Source of the DNA: an uncultured archaeon
Lineage (GTDB): Archaea > Iainarchaeota > Iainarchaeia > Iainarchaeales > 0-14-0-20-30-16
Direction of reading: 5' to 3'
Assembly (NCBI GenBank): GCA_964595665.1
Contig: CAZQQS010000001.1
Span: 1-32,000 of the forward strand
Length of the DNA stretch: 32,000 bases
The position numbers were made by a program, and so were the translations under genes. Within the stretch, counting starts at the first letter, position 1. Each line of letters opens with the position of its first letter. The notes under the pieces are model-generated. The model made no database searches. It saw only the letters and a program-made list of their open reading frames with translations, and was not told where the DNA came from. Shown piece by piece: positions 31,304 through 32,000 of the stretch.

Positions 31304-32000
31304 ATGCAAGTTAAATTTTTAAAGAAAAATGGTTTTGAATATAAATTTTTATTAGAAGATACTAGAAATGATATTTTAAATGCTATTAGAAGAACTATAT
31401 TATTACATGTTCCAACTTTTGCTGTAACAAAAGTTTCAATATATAAAAATGAAGGTGTAATGTTAGATGAAATGTTAGCTAGTAGATTAGGATTAGTTCC
31501 TATTTATGCTTCTGAAGTTGATGATAGTGAACACCATTTGTATTTAAAGAAAAATAATGGTATGGTTTATTCTGGGGATATTACTACAACTGGAATATTA
31601 GAAATACCTTTAAAAAATATACCTATAACTTTATTAAAAGAGAATAAAAATTTGGAATTAGAATTAACTGTTAAAAAAGGATATGGTAAAGATCATGTTA
31701 AATTTAGTCCAGCAAATGTATATTTTAATAATTTGCCAGAATTAAAACAGAAAGGCGATGTAGATATTAAAATATGTCCAAAAAATATTTTTGAAAAAAA
31801 AGCAAATAAAATATTTTTAAAAGATCCTTATAGTTGTGATTTGTGTAGATATTGTGAAGATAAATCAAATGGAAATATACAAATATTATTAAATGATGAA
31901 AAATTTGTATTAAATATAATTCCATTTGGAAGTTTAGATTTAAAAACTATAATTATAGAAACATATAATCATTTAAATAATGAATTAAATGAATTAAAAG
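31304..32000 (+). CDS. rpoD: DNA-directed RNA polymerase subunit D (Rpo3), truncated at its 3' end by the window edge; missing from the ORF track
   Basis: My own translation gives MQVKFLKKNGFEYKFLLEDTRNDILNAIRRTILLHVPTFAVTKVSIYKNEGVMLDEMLASRLGLVPI..., plus the Cys cluster ICPKN...SCDLCRYC. The frame is open to position 32000. The position after S13-S4-S11 is canonical. Confidence 0.88.
   Translation, partial: MQVKFLKKNGFEYKFLLEDTRNDILNAIRRTILLHVPTFAVTKVSIYKNEGVMLDEMLASRLGLVPIYASEVDDSEHHLYLKKNNGMVYSGDITTTGILEIPLKNIPITLLKENKNLELELTVKKGYGKDHVKFSPANVYFNNLPELKQKGDVDIKICPKNIFEKKANKIFLKDPYSCDLCRYCEDKSNGNIQILLNDEKFVLNIIPFGSLDLKTIIIETYNHLNNELNELK

Overview
This window is strongly AT-rich and its gene content and order are archaeal. 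It looks like a small-genome, DPANN-type lineage, but that placement is an inference.

Layout:
- 1-7230: accessory, surface and membrane genes. These are the tail of an upstream ORF, a 1094-aa membrane-anchored surface protein, a COG1373-type AAA+ ATPase, a compact five-gene cassette of small polytopic membrane proteins with no family I recognise, and a CheY-like response regulator broken by two in-frame stops.
- 7233-14213: scattered housekeeping genes and a toxin-antitoxin-like pair. These are a membrane-anchored YvcK/CofD-family protein, a DRG GTPase, a VKOR-like protein, a divergent RpiA-like protein, two coiled-coil hypotheticals, the radical-SAM enzyme Taw1/TYW1, and a wHTH plus RelE/ParE-like pair.
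- 14430-32000: the archaeal ribosomal-protein supercluster in canonical order. The order is L3-L4-L23-L2-S19-L22-S3-L29-SUI1-Rpp29-S17-L14-L24-S4e-L5-S14-S8-L6-L32e-L19e-L18-S5-L30-L15-SecY-DUF106-L34e-Cmk-like-L14e-S13-S4-S11-RpoD (RpoD is cut by the window end).

No tRNA, rRNA or CRISPR array was seen.

Most notable observations:
1. A roughly 75-nt cassette occurs four times and fills every large intergenic gap of the ribosomal cluster. Three copies share 49 identical nt. Each copy is bracketed by a duplicated 'SD-ATGGYT' start context and contains a palindromic TATA-like core and a 19-21 codon mini-ORF.
2. Near-identical repeat modules (53 and 49 nt identical) are shared between the C-terminal extensions of the adjacent uL22 and uS3 genes.
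3. A 35-nt exact repeat is shared by the surface-protein gene and the antitoxin-like gene.
4. A receiver domain keeps all its catalytic residues but carries TAA and TGA stops in frame.
5. A Cmk-like protein lacks its P-loop.

Many ORF-track starts in the cluster begin at the GTG inside the AGGTGAT Shine-Dalgarno sequence. I moved these to the ATG a few nt downstream.
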